A stretch of DNA of 64,000 bases from Cyanobacteriota bacterium (GTDB taxonomy: Bacteria; Cyanobacteriota; Cyanobacteriia; Thermostichales; Thermostichaceae). The position numbers and the translations under genes are program-made. The notes beneath the pieces are model-generated. The model searched no databases. It had not been told where the DNA came from and was given only the letters and a program-made list of their open reading frames with translations. The stretch lies in NCBI GenBank assembly GCA_033764955.1, contig JANRIL010000020.1, positions 96,001 to 160,000 of the forward strand. Reading direction: 5' to 3'. Positions within the stretch are counted from its first letter, which is position 1. The number at the start of each line of letters is the position of its first letter. Positions 1 to 10,065 of this stretch are shown piece after piece.

Positions 1-1839
1 GCTTTAGCCTCAGGAGAGCCGGTGAAAGGGGTTGAGTTGCTCTCCGAGAGCATGTTGCGCCGCCTAGCCCTCAACCGACAGGCAACCATTCCCCTTCGAC
101 CTGAGGCGGGGGAAGGCAACTATGAAAATGGTCTGGTCAGTATGGCGGTACAGCCCGTCAAGCTCAATGATCAAGAATTAGTCGGATTGGTCGTGGTGGG
201 CACGCTGTTGAACCGTAACTTAGCGCTCACCGATAACTTCCGCAGCCTTTATGGATCCTCGGTCATCTCAATTTTTAGCGAAGATGTCTTAACCGCCACG
301 ACCGCCGCCTATAGTGACGGACAAACCCGTGCCATCGGCATCAAAGCCCCCCCTGATGTGGTGGGATCCGTTTTAGAGGGGGGGCAATCCGCTTATTTTG
401 GCGTGGCCGACTTTGCAGGAGAAAATCATCGCGTTTTGTATGCTCCTCTCTATGACCACACCGCCGATCGGGATCCCACCTCCGCCAAGCCCATTGGCAT
501 GTTGGCAATTGGCGAACCCCTCTCCCAACTGCGTATCTTGGTGATCAGTCAGGTGGCAATCAGTGGCCTGGTGGGGGCTGGCATCATGGTCTTGGCGGCT
601 CTCGTAGCCATTGGCGTAGCCGATAGCTTCTCTCGACCCGTGCGAGAATTGGCCGACTTTGCCGCACGGGTGGGATCCGGACAGCGGGGGGTGCGGGTCA
701 AGGTCAGTCAGCGACAGGATGAAATTGGATCCCTCGCCCGCTCGATGAATGAGATGGCCAGCAGCATTGAAACCAGCATTACTACCGTGGAACAGCAGGA
801 AGCCCTGCGGCGGCAAGAAGCGGAGCAACAGCGCCGTGAGAAGGAACGCCTTCAGCAGGGGGTGATGAATTTGCTCTTGGAAATTGAAGGGGCGCAAACG
901 GGCGATCTGACGGTGTATGCCCCCATGACGGAAGGAGCCGTGGGATCCATTGCGGATGCATTTAACGCCACCATTCGCAGTCTGCGCCAGTTGGTCTTGC
1001 AGGTCAAAACCGTGGCCGCCCAGGTGGAGCAACTATCTCGCCAAAGTGAATCCTCCGTTCAGCAGCTTTCCTTGCGCGCCTTGGCTCAGTCAGCCGAGGT
1101 CGCCGAAGCCCTGGCGGCGGTGGACGAGATCACCCGCTCCATCCGACAAGTAGCCCATTTTGCTCAAGAAGCCGCCACCATTGCTCAGCAAGCCGCCGCG
1201 GAAGCCCAAGAGGGAGATAGCCGTATTGAACAAACGGTGACCACGATGGATCTAATCCGCCAGACGGTGGGCAATACCGCCGAAAAAGTCGAGCGCCTCA
1301 CCAAGTCCTCCCAAGAAATTGCCAAAATCATCACCCTCATCTCCAGTATTTCCGAAAAAACCAACCTGCTGGCCTACAATGCCTCGGTGGAAGCGATGCG
1401 GGCGGGGGAACACGGTCAGGGCTTTCGGGTAGTAGCGGATGAAGTGCGGCGACTGGCTCAACAGGTCACCGATGCCACCAAATCCATCGAGCAACTGGTG
1501 GGAACTATCCAAATCGAAACTACAGAAGTGTCTCAGGCGATGGTGGATGGAACCATTGCGGTTACAAACGGGACTGAATTGGTGGGGCAGGTGCAAAAGA
1601 CCTTGCGGGGGCTAGCCACCCTCAACCAGCAAATTGACCATTATCTGCAAACCATCTCCGGCAGCACTACCGCCCAAACCGAAACCTCTCAGCAGGTCAA
1701 CCAGATTATGGATCAGGTGGCAACCACGGCTCAGCAAACCTCCGGTAATGCTCAGGGGGTAGGTGCGACCCTACAATCGTTGGCTGCCGAAGTGAGAGCC
1801 TTACAAGAATCGATGTCGCGCTTCCGGTTAGAATCATGA
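1..1839 (+). CDS. Methyl-accepting chemotaxis protein (Cache-TM-HAMP-MCP signal, PilJ-like), 5'-truncated by the window edge
   Basis: Frame is open from base 1; HAMP (DEIGSLARSMNEM) and MCP hairpin (ISEKTNLLAYNASVEAMRAGEHGQGFRVVADEVRRLA). Confidence 0.93.
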   Translation, partial: ALASGEPVKGVELLSESMLRRLALNRQATIPLRPEAGEGNYENGLVSMAVQPVKLNDQELVGLVVVGTLLNRNLALTDNFRSLYGSSVISIFSEDVLTATTAAYSDGQTRAIGIKAPPDVVGSVLEGGQSAYFGVADFAGENHRVLYAPLYDHTADRDPTSAKPIGMLAIGEPLSQLRILVISQVAISGLVGAGIMVLAALVAIGVADSFSRPVRELADFAARVGSGQRGVRVKVSQRQDEIGSLARSMNEMASSIETSITTVEQQEALRRQEAEQQRREKERLQQGVMNLLLEIEGAQTGDLTVYAPMTEGAVGSIADAFNATIRSLRQLVLQVKTVAAQVEQLSRQSESSVQQLSLRALAQSAEVAEALAAVDEITRSIRQVAHFAQEAATIAQQAAAEAQEGDSRIEQTVTTMDLIRQTVGNTAEKVERLTKSSQEIAKIITLISSISEKTNLLAYNASVEAMRAGEHGQGFRVVADEVRRLAQQVTDATKSIEQLVGTIQIETTEVSQAMVDGTIAVTNGTELVGQVQKTLRGLATLNQQIDHYLQTISGSTTAQTETSQQVNQIMDQVATTAQQTSGNAQGVGATLQSLAAEVRALQESMSRFRLES

Positions 1840-4640
1840 GCCTCAATCTGGATCCATTGCTGCTACAAAATATTGCCCAGGAGGCTCGCCAATGCTTCTT
1901 GGAGGAAGATGCCCCCAGCTATTTAGAGGCATTACAAAAGGCGCTGCGAACCCCTCAAAACATTGACTATGCCGCCATCATGCGGGCTGCTCACTCCCTA
2001 AAAGGGGGAGCCGGATTGGCTCAGTTGCCCAGCTTGAGTCATTTGGCTCACCGCCTAGAAGATTTAGTAGAGTTGCTGCAAAAGGGCCAGATTGCCGATC
2101 CAACCACCGCCTGGGAGTTAATCCGCCGTAGTGTGGATGAAACCGCCTATGTCTTGGATCAAGCCCAAACCCAGGTGGAGGTGCAGGTCGATGCCGCTCT
2201 CCTGCAAGCCTTGGCTGAGTTTCATGCCGAGGTAGTTGCCTCCGCCGAGCCAGCCCCACTAGCCGACGAATTGCCCCCCTTGGTAGCCTCTCCCAGCTTG
2301 GTGAAAACGGCGTTGCAAGTAGATTTGGAAGACTGCCTGAAACGAATGGAAGCGGTCATCTCCTCCCAGCCCCCCCCCGACCAACTCTTGCCCCCGCTGG
2401 AGGGGTTTGTTGAAGAATGTACGCTACTGGCGGAAGCCCTCAGCCTGCCCTGGCTGGCGGAATCGGCTCAAGGGATCACGGAGGCACTGGCTCAGCCGGA
2501 GCACGGGATCCCCTTAATGTCGGTGGCTCGCTTGGTCACGGCAGAGGTACGTCGTTTGCGGGATGACTTTTTGCAACAGCTTAAACAGGCAGCGCCGACT
2601 AGCCCGCTTCCACTGGCAAGCGAACCTAGGCTAGCCGAGTCACTACCAGAGGTAACCCCTGCCTCAGCACTTGCCGATGAGGGTATGGCGGCGGTTGCCC
2701 CCAGCCTAATCCGCGAAACCCGACCGTTGAATCCCTCAGTGCGGATCCCCTTAAGTCGGGTGGAACAGATGACCGATCAGGTGGGTGAGTTGATCGTGCG
2801 GTTTGAACGCTTATCCATTCAAGAGCAACAGCTAAAGCAATCTAACCAAGAACTGCAACGCTTGGCGCAGCAATTTCAACCGGTGCGGGATCAGGTTAAG
2901 GCACTCTACGACCAACTCACTACCGTCAACCTGCGCCGCCTCACCACCACCACCACGGGATCCCCTGAGGGGGCAGCAACGGAGGCAAGCGCAGACTTTG
3001 ACCCCCTCGAAATGGATCGCTACACTACCCTGCACACCAGCCTGCAATCCTTTGAAGAGTTGATCGCCCGCATTCAAGAAGCCAGAGCGGATATTGACTT
3101 GGTGTATCGGGAGATCAGCGAAAACCTGGAGCAAGGACGGCAGGATCTCGACCTCCTCTACAACCAGGTGACCCGCTCCCGTCTGGTGCCTTTCCGCACC
3201 TTGGCGGAACGTTTTGTGCCGCAACTGAACCGCTTAGCTCAACGTTTTCAAAAGCAAATGGAACTACGGATAGAGGGGGAAAATGTGCTAGTGGATCAGG
3301 TGATCCTGGAGCAGCTACAAACCCCCCTCACCCACCTCCTAAACAACGCCGTGGATCACGGCATTGAATCCTCCGCGGATCGTTTGGCACTAGAAAAGCC
3401 CGCCGTAGCGCAAATCCTCTTGCAGGCCAAGCTGGAAGGGAACCAGGTGGTGATCACCTTTGGGGATGATGGGCGCGGGATTGATCTGGCTAAGGTGTAT
3501 CAAAAAGCTGTGGAGCGCCATCTTTGTCCCCCCCATGTTTCATTTGGGCAACTGCGCCGCGAACAAGTTTTGGAGTTTATCTTTCAGTCGGGATTTTCAA
3601 CGGCGGCCCAAGTCAGCGAGGTATCGGGGCGGGGCGTGGGGCTAGACGCGGTACGGCGGCAGATCGGGCAACTGCGGGGTACGTTGCAGGTGGAGAGCCG
3701 GATTGGACAAGGCACATCCTTTACGATCCGTCTGCCCCTGGGGCTGAGCCTCTTACCCTTAATGCTTTGCCAAACCTATCGCCGTTTAGTGGCACTGCCC
3801 GCCACCAGTGTTCTAGAGATTTTGCCTTATGCAGAGGCGCAAACCAGCCCGTCAGCGGTGGAAGAAGGTAGGGATCCCTTGCTGCTCTCGGATCCCGCTG
3901 CCTCCGCTCTGCCAACGATGGATTGGCGGGGACAACGTGTGCCCCTCCTGCCCTTGGCGCAGCTCCTCCCCTATGCCAATCCGGTCACCGAAGTCGTGCC
4001 GCCACGGGTGGTCATCTTGGTGCAGGGATCCCTTTCCCCGATTGCGATTGCCATTGATGGCTTGATCGGGGAGCGGCAGTTGATCTTGAAGCCCTTCGAT
4101 GACACGATTCCAGTGCCGCCCTATGTGGCCGGATGCACCATCTTAGGTACGGGGGATGTGGTGCCGGTTGTCTTGCCCTATCACTTCCAGGTGAGCACCC
4201 AGCCGCGGGGGCAGACGGCGGATCCTCAGCCACTGGTCAGCCAACAAAGCCGCACCATTTTGATTGCCGAGGACTCGGTAGCCACACGCCGAGCTGTGGA
4301 AAAGATTCTCAGCCAAGCGGGCTACATCACGATTGCCTGTCGAGACGGACAAGAAGCCCTCGACGAGCTACGACAACGCCAGGGATCCGTGGATATGGTC
4401 TTGACCGACATCGAAATGCCCCGCCTGAGCGGGTTTGATCTGCTCCAGTCGATTCGTGCCCATTCGGAGTGGTATGCCCTACCGGTGGCGCTACTCACCT
4501 CCCGCACAGGAGAACGCTATCAGCAGCGGGCTTTAAGCTTGGGGGCCAATGCCTACCTGAACAAACCCGTGGATGCCAAACTGCTCCTGCAAAAAGTGGA
4601 AACATTGTTCCCTGAGACCGTGGCCGGCTCAAGCCGATAG
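1836..4640 (+). CDS. CheA-like hybrid histidine kinase (Hpt-HATPase-CheW-REC)
   Basis: Hpt RAAHSLKGGA, LTHLLNNAVDHGIE, GFSTA...SGRGVGLD, CheW domain, C-terminal receiver (TDIEMPRLSG); ATGA overlap with the MCP. Confidence 0.95.
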   Translation: MSLNLDPLLLQNIAQEARQCFLEEDAPSYLEALQKALRTPQNIDYAAIMRAAHSLKGGAGLAQLPSLSHLAHRLEDLVELLQKGQIADPTTAWELIRRSVDETAYVLDQAQTQVEVQVDAALLQALAEFHAEVVASAEPAPLADELPPLVASPSLVKTALQVDLEDCLKRMEAVISSQPPPDQLLPPLEGFVEECTLLAEALSLPWLAESAQGITEALAQPEHGIPLMSVARLVTAEVRRLRDDFLQQLKQAAPTSPLPLASEPRLAESLPEVTPASALADEGMAAVAPSLIRETRPLNPSVRIPLSRVEQMTDQVGELIVRFERLSIQEQQLKQSNQELQRLAQQFQPVRDQVKALYDQLTTVNLRRLTTTTTGSPEGAATEASADFDPLEMDRYTTLHTSLQSFEELIARIQEARADIDLVYREISENLEQGRQDLDLLYNQVTRSRLVPFRTLAERFVPQLNRLAQRFQKQMELRIEGENVLVDQVILEQLQTPLTHLLNNAVDHGIESSADRLALEKPAVAQILLQAKLEGNQVVITFGDDGRGIDLAKVYQKAVERHLCPPHVSFGQLRREQVLEFIFQSGFSTAAQVSEVSGRGVGLDAVRRQIGQLRGTLQVESRIGQGTSFTIRLPLGLSLLPLMLCQTYRRLVALPATSVLEILPYAEAQTSPSAVEEGRDPLLLSDPAASALPTMDWRGQRVPLLPLAQLLPYANPVTEVVPPRVVILVQGSLSPIAIAIDGLIGERQLILKPFDDTIPVPPYVAGCTILGTGDVVPVVLPYHFQVSTQPRGQTADPQPLVSQQSRTILIAEDSVATRRAVEKILSQAGYITIACRDGQEALDELRQRQGSVDMVLTDIEMPRLSGFDLLQSIRAHSEWYALPVALLTSRTGERYQQRALSLGANAYLNKPVDAKLLLQKVETLFPETVAGSSR

Positions 4641-4752
4641 TTCCCTGCTGGTGGTTGACTATAATCAAGGCACAGAATTAGGCGTTTGCGCTAATTCTAG
4701 CCTCCATCAGAATGGATCCCACCCACCCACCCCCGAAGGCCAGGAGCATGGC

Positions 4753-5670
4753 ATGAGCGAAGAAAGGGATACCAAGTTTGTCTTCAAAGAGGACTTTCCT
4801 TCGGTTGCCAAACTCGCCAGCGAAATCGTGAGCGCTCCTATTTTGTTGCAATACAGTAGCGGAGTTCCCTGCAAACGGTTTGAAATTACCCGTCCGGTTA
4901 CAACAATTGGTCGCCGACCTGAAAGTGTCGATATCTGGATTGATGACATCAGTATTTCCCGTGAGCATTGTCGCCTAGAGCGAATTGGAGAAGAAATTTT
5001 TGTCACCGATTTGGGCAGCCGTAATTTCACCCTAATTAATGGTCACAAGGTAGATGGACGCCAACGACTCTTTCATGGAGATACCCTACAACTCGGCAAT
5101 GTTCGGTTACGCTACTATGCCCACGGCACCTCTGATCAACTGTTGTTTGACAGTGTTTATTTAATGGCGGTGCAGGATCAAATGTTGGGTATTTTTCGCA
5201 AAGAATATCTCATGCAAAAACTGGAGGAAGAGTTTCTTTTGGCTCGCTATCGCGGACATGATCTATCTCTGATTTTTGTGGATTTGGATCGCTTCAAAAA
5301 CATCAATGATATCTATGGGCATCCAGCCGGAGACCATGTTTTGCGGGAAGTGTGTCAAGTGGTCAAATCGGTCTTACGGCAGGGGGATACCTTTGGTCGA
5401 TATGGAGGGGAAGAATTTTGTCTGATTTTACCGGGCATGGGATCCCAGGAGGCTTGTGAGTTTGCCGAGCGGATCCGCCGCACCCTTGAGGAAACCGTGG
5501 TGATGTGGAGCCAACAACGGATCCCGGTGACAGCCAGTTTAGGGGTGGCTTGGATGATTGAAGAAACCCAGGGTTGGGATAGTCTGTTGCAATTGGCGGA
5601 CATGATGGTCTATCAGTCTAAACAATTGGGGCGCAACCGCGTCAGTGCCCCGGTTTTGCTTTCTCCCTAG
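4753..5670 (+). CDS. FHA-GGDEF diguanylate cyclase
   Basis: FHA motifs IGR...SREH...DLGSRN; DLDRFKNINDIYGHPAGD, RQGD I-site, GRYGGEEF; AGGAG upstream of ATG 4753. Confidence 0.92.
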   Translation: MSEERDTKFVFKEDFPSVAKLASEIVSAPILLQYSSGVPCKRFEITRPVTTIGRRPESVDIWIDDISISREHCRLERIGEEIFVTDLGSRNFTLINGHKVDGRQRLFHGDTLQLGNVRLRYYAHGTSDQLLFDSVYLMAVQDQMLGIFRKEYLMQKLEEEFLLARYRGHDLSLIFVDLDRFKNINDIYGHPAGDHVLREVCQVVKSVLRQGDTFGRYGGEEFCLILPGMGSQEACEFAERIRRTLEETVVMWSQQRIPVTASLGVAWMIEETQGWDSLLQLADMMVYQSKQLGRNRVSAPVLLSP

Positions 5671-5798
5671 TTCAGCCAGAATCGCTCAAATCATGGCCGA
5701 GGGATGGGGATAGCCAAGCAGGGATCCCTAGCCTTTGCTCACTAGGCACTTGAACTAAAATACAGGCAGGATGCTGCTTCCCCTCTCGACGGTTTGCT

Positions 5799-6701
5799 AT
5801 GCCTACCCCCTCTGATTTGTTTGTCTCTGAAATGTGGTCGTGGCGAGGACAGCCGATTCACTATCTGAGCCAGGGAATTAACCAGGGATCCGGCAAGCAA
5901 GCCGTGCTGTTGGTGCATGGGTTTGGCGCTTCTAGCCTACATTGGCGCAAGAATATCTCTGTGGTGGCTCAGCATTATCCCGTTTATGCTATCGACCTGC
6001 TGGGGTTTGGCCGCTCCGCAAAACCCAATTTGCCCTATCGAACCGAAATGTGGCGCGATCAACTGCGGGATTTTTGTCAGCAGGTGATCCGCCGACCCGT
6101 GGTGGTAGTGGGCAACTCACTGGGGGGCTATGTGGGGCTAAGTTTGGCCTCCGATTGGCCGGAATGGGTGAGGGGGGTGGTTTTGCTCAATAGTGCCGGA
6201 TCATTTGGCTCACAACCCCAGGCCAATTTATGGAAACAGATGACAGGCGGGATCCTGCGTTGGGGCTTGCAGCAAAAAGTGGTTTCCCATCTGCTTTTTT
6301 ACTCGATTCGCAAGCCTGAGGCGATTCGCAAAACCCTCCTCAAGGTCTATCGGGATCCCGCCGCCGTCACCGATCAACTGGTGGAGGATATTTATCGGCC
6401 TAGCTGTGAAGCCGGGGCTGCTGATGTGTTTGCAGCGCTCATGCAAGCCAATCAAAAGGGGCGCTCGGTGGATGAGTTGTTACGCAGTTTGGTGCGTCCC
6501 TTGCTGCTGATCTGGGGAGAAGCGGATCCCTGGATGGATTGCCGCCAGCGTTCTCAGCTCTATCATCAGCACTACCAGATGATCGAGGAACACTTTCTCT
6601 CAGCGGGTCACTGCCCCCATGACGAAGTGCCTGAGCTGGTCAATCCTCTCCTCTGCGACTGGATCGAGAAAAAAGTTCTGCATACAGCCCTCCTCTCCTG
6701 A
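5799..6701 (+). CDS. Alpha/beta fold hydrolase
   Basis: LLVHGFGAS, DLLGFGRS, GNSLGG nucleophile elbow, GHCPHDE. Confidence 0.93.
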   Translation: MPTPSDLFVSEMWSWRGQPIHYLSQGINQGSGKQAVLLVHGFGASSLHWRKNISVVAQHYPVYAIDLLGFGRSAKPNLPYRTEMWRDQLRDFCQQVIRRPVVVVGNSLGGYVGLSLASDWPEWVRGVVLLNSAGSFGSQPQANLWKQMTGGILRWGLQQKVVSHLLFYSIRKPEAIRKTLLKVYRDPAAVTDQLVEDIYRPSCEAGAADVFAALMQANQKGRSVDELLRSLVRPLLLIWGEADPWMDCRQRSQLYHQHYQMIEEHFLSAGHCPHDEVPELVNPLLCDWIEKKVLHTALLS

Positions 6702-6745
6702 CCTTAGATCTTGCAAAAAACCAGAGAGAAACAACCCACTGGCTT

Positions 6746-6910
6746 TCAAGCCTGGATCGGATCCTCTGCACTTTCAGGTGGGGGGGTAGCCTGGGGGGAG
6801 CATGACTGTTGCTTACATTGCCAGAGGGATCCCAGCAGAATGCCGAGGGTCAAGCCAAAGCCAAAAATAGCCGAGAGAAAAATGAACAAGACTATGGGTA
6901 GGCGGCGCAT
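6746..6910 (-). CDS. Small (54 aa) single-pass membrane protein, absent from the ORF track
   Basis: Manual translation MRRLPIVLFIFLSAIFGFGLTLGILLGSLWQCKQQSCSPQATPPPESAEDPIQA*; AGGAG 8 nt before the ATG. Confidence 0.6.
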   Translation of the reverse strand: MRRLPIVLFIFLSAIFGFGLTLGILLGSLWQCKQQSCSPQATPPPESAEDPIQA

Positions 6911-7107
6911 CGCTCAATCTCCTAGTGGGACGACGGGTTAGACTCTGGCCTCAGTGGATGGGTTCACTGGGTTAACGACCCTTACATAATGCTCTCAAGG
7001 AAGCAGGCAGGCCGCAGCAAAGAACCACGGCCAGATCTTTAAGGGGCGACTTTGATGGAATGGCACCCGATCAACCCCGTTTTCCCAATCCCCCAAGTCA
7101 AGAGGGA

Positions 7108-9102
7108 CTAGGGCAAAACCGTATCGGAACGAACGGAGAGGTTCTGAATTCGCAGATCGTCGCTAGCCGGAACATCGGGCTGCTCAAATGTGCCAATTGC
7201 CTCTAGGTAGACAGCAAGGGCATTTTGCTCAGCCCCCACCGTATCAAACTCAGTGTCAGCATCTTCTGGCACCAGATCAACACGATTATAGGTAGCTTCA
7301 TAGTTGGGGAAGGGATAGTCATCCCCACCATCCGCCAAAAAGCCCAGGGTGACAACCCGATAGGTCTTGCCGGGATCCACCACCACTCCGTTAGCCACAA
7401 TCGGCTCGATCACCGCTCCGGTGGCATCGATCAACGCCATCGAAATCACCCGATCTCCTGCCGGCAAAGCGGGATCAAAACTGAAGGCGATACCCCCCAC
7501 TTGTGGGAAGCGACCAGGGGTAGCTCCAGGGGCAGCGGTAGCCACACCATGCTCAACCACCTCCAACAACTCACTAGCCGTGAGGGTGAGAATGGACAGG
7601 GCATTATTGAAACGGAGGGCATTTTCGATGTCAAGCTGAGAAATCTCGCCGTCCTCTTTGCCCGTTAGCTCGTTGGCCAGAGGGGGAACTCGTTCTCCAT
7701 CATCCCCAGGCAAAACCGCCCCAATCGAGGCGCGAATGCCCCCGCCATTTTTGATCGAAACCGCCGTACTGGGATCCACCGTTTGTGCGAGAGCCAAGTT
7801 AGCATCTGCCGTCAAGTTACCCAGGTTGGTTTCTTCGGAACGAACGCTCTGCCGCTCTCCATTCAAAAACTCGGTGGTGCTGCCAAAGATATTGCCATCT
7901 TTTTCGATCAAAATAGCTTCTACCTCGTCCACGGCGGCCACAACTTCCGAGTTAGGAGCCGCATTACCGGTTTCCGCGACCCCCTGATCATCGGTAGGAT
8001 ACGGACCGCTCAGATCATCAATAGCGGACAGCACACCGTTGGCATCAAAGCTAGCCACCAAGCGACCGACGTAGCGATATTCCCGATCCGTATTGACAAC
8101 AGCAACAGGAGTGCCGGTAGCGGTGCGATAAAGCAGGGGATAGGGGCCAGAGGGATCCTTGCCAAACTCGGTGCGGATGCGCTCCCCAGGGTTAGCCAGC
8201 AGGGTATCGGAACCTCCGGCAATAATCACATCCACATCCCGGAGGAGGGGAGCTAAGCCAATTTCGTTGGCAAGTTGTTGCAGGTGAGCCAAGACAATAA
8301 TTTTGTCGATGCCCTGGGAAGTCAGTTGGTCGATGGAGGGCTGAACGATAGAAGCCAAGGCACTCAGTTGCGAGCTCGAAGCACTGCTGTCCCAATCATC
8401 GGGAGCAACCCCTACTCCTCCTGGACTGGAGATGGAGCGTAGTTCAGGGGTAGTGATGCCGACAATACCAAACGTTTCGCCGTTTACCGTAATCACCGTG
8501 GACTTGGCAAGGCTATTGGGAATGGTACTGGCTTCTTGTCCATCGCCCACCACTAAGCCTGACAGAGCCGAATCAGTGCTGAAGTCGAGGTTGGCACTCA
8601 GATAGGGAAATCCAACAAAATCTCCAATCAACCCCCCTAGGGTATTGGTGCCTAGGTCAAACTCGTGGTTGCCCAAAGCTCCGGCCTGAAAGCCAATGGC
8701 GGTATTGATCACATAATCCGCTTCACCCCCTGTGGCATTAAAGAAGGGGCCAGGAATGATCACATCTCCTGAGGTGAGCAGGAGGTTGTTGGCAAATTGG
8801 GGAAGTAAGCCATTCACCACCGAGGAAAAACGGGGGGCATCTTCGATGGCGGCAACACCTGCCTCTTGGTCAGCCGCGTGTAAAATCTGCACCGTAAAAG
8901 CGGCAGGAGAAGCCGAAAGAGTGGCATTGGGATCGCTCTCAAAAACGGTACCGCCGCTGCCAGGGCTGACTCCGGTAGCATTATCGCCACAGGCTGCTAG
9001 GGTTAAAGCTGGTGCTAGTCCGGCTAGAAGCAAACCAAGGGTGGTCAGACAGCGTTGCCCCAAGGACTTGCTTGCAGGCTGGGGGGTCAATTTTGCATTC
9101 AT
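7108..9102 (-). CDS. Secreted/lipoprotein metallophosphatase / 5'-nucleotidase
   Basis: Lipobox-like LAAC; ILHAADQE, SGD, LGNHEFD, NGGGIRASI, GRFPQVGG. Confidence 0.9.
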   Translation of the reverse strand: MNAKLTPQPASKSLGQRCLTTLGLLLAGLAPALTLAACGDNATGVSPGSGGTVFESDPNATLSASPAAFTVQILHAADQEAGVAAIEDAPRFSSVVNGLLPQFANNLLLTSGDVIIPGPFFNATGGEADYVINTAIGFQAGALGNHEFDLGTNTLGGLIGDFVGFPYLSANLDFSTDSALSGLVVGDGQEASTIPNSLAKSTVITVNGETFGIVGITTPELRSISSPGGVGVAPDDWDSSASSSQLSALASIVQPSIDQLTSQGIDKIIVLAHLQQLANEIGLAPLLRDVDVIIAGGSDTLLANPGERIRTEFGKDPSGPYPLLYRTATGTPVAVVNTDREYRYVGRLVASFDANGVLSAIDDLSGPYPTDDQGVAETGNAAPNSEVVAAVDEVEAILIEKDGNIFGSTTEFLNGERQSVRSEETNLGNLTADANLALAQTVDPSTAVSIKNGGGIRASIGAVLPGDDGERVPPLANELTGKEDGEISQLDIENALRFNNALSILTLTASELLEVVEHGVATAAPGATPGRFPQVGGIAFSFDPALPAGDRVISMALIDATGAVIEPIVANGVVVDPGKTYRVVTLGFLADGGDDYPFPNYEATYNRVDLVPEDADTEFDTVGAEQNALAVYLEAIGTFEQPDVPASDDLRIQNLSVRSDTVLP

Positions 9103-9170
9103 GGCTAAGAGTTCCCGTCACAATACCTCACTGGCAATAGGCTAACAGGGATCCCTGGTTATCTTGTTTA

Positions 9171-9205
9171 TTAAGCTCTTAAAGAAAGTTTAAGTAACTA
9201 TTAAC
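9171..9205 (-). promoter_or_regulatory. Putative Pho box (SphR/PhoB site)
   Basis: TTAA cores at 9179, 9190 and 9201 (11-bp period); minus strand reads GTTAATAG-tta-CTTAAACT-ttc-TTTAAGAG, upstream of a phosphatase gene. Confidence 0.65.
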
Positions 9206-9221
9206 AATGTAATCTGACAGT

Positions 9222-9548
9222 TTAGGTGGCTGAAGCCCCCGGCAGTAGCCGTAATCGAATCCTACTCTTCAGAGTGCGAGGTTCAGTTGCAATGCAATCA
9301 CTGTCCTTTGTCATCATCACAGCATTTTCATCTTGTGCTGCTTCAAAAACTTCAACATCTTGAGTATCTCGAAGGGATAACTCTCGCAGCGCAGATACTT
9401 CTAACCCAAAGGTTGATGATAGCCAGTTTGCTAGCGTTGGAGGTAACTGGGTATCAACCCAAATCTTCATCTCTCGAATGCAGGGACAACCACCACACTG
9501 ACCAGGGGTTTGGGTAGTGCGGCTAAGCAAATTGGCTGTTGCGTTCAT
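9222..9548 (-). pseudogene. Collapsed DUF433 antitoxin / DUF5615 PIN-like toxin pair (in-frame fusion of fragments)
   Basis: DUF433-like start LLSRTTQTPGQCGGCPCIR runs directly into DUF5615-like MKIWVDTQLPP...MTKDSD, then diverges. Confidence 0.75.
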
Positions 9549-9609
9549 GATGAGGTGTTAAGCTATTCTGTCTACTTCCATCTTATTGAGTAATCATGAT
9601 GCACCTGCC

Positions 9610-9696
9610 AGCCAACAGGTTACAGCAGCGGAGAGTGCTGATCTCGATGTTGGGCTGCTTGATATCCTGTTGGGGACGGTGCTTGGATGTTATCTG
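9610..9696 (+). mobile_element. Degenerate attC-like site(s)
   Basis: AGCCAAC(9610)...CAGCAGC...GCTGAT...GTTGGGC(9649-9655), then right-half CGGTGCTTGGATGTTATCTG (9677-9696). Confidence 0.45.
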
Positions 9697-9741
9697 TGAG
9701 CCTCTTGTGCTGTGATAGATTAAGCGTCAAACAAGTAGTTT

Positions 9742-10065
9742 ATGCAAGCGATGCCTGTACAAACGAAAGCCCAAGTGCTAGCTCTGCTCCAGGAGTATCA
9801 CCAAGAGTTACACCGCTTGGGAGTGAGACGTTGCGGCGTTTTTGGTTCGTTTGCCCGTAACACTACAATTCACCCTCAAAGTGATGTTGATATTTTGGTT
9901 GCTTTTGATCCAGACCAGAAAACGTTTGATAACTTTATACACTTATCCTTTTTTCTAGAAGATCTTTTTGGTAGAGCGGTTGGCCTCATTACTATAGAAT
10001 CATTGAGTCCTTATATTGGCCCGCGTATTTTAGCTGAGGTCGAGTATGCCTCCCTAGGCTCGTGA
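9742..10065 (+). CDS. MNT nucleotidyltransferase antitoxin (MntA family)
   Basis: VFGSFAR...SDVDILV motif (GS...DxD); 107 aa; overlaps the HEPN gene start. Confidence 0.88.
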   Translation: MQAMPVQTKAQVLALLQEYHQELHRLGVRRCGVFGSFARNTTIHPQSDVDILVAFDPDQKTFDNFIHLSFFLEDLFGRAVGLITIESLSPYIGPRILAEVEYASLGS

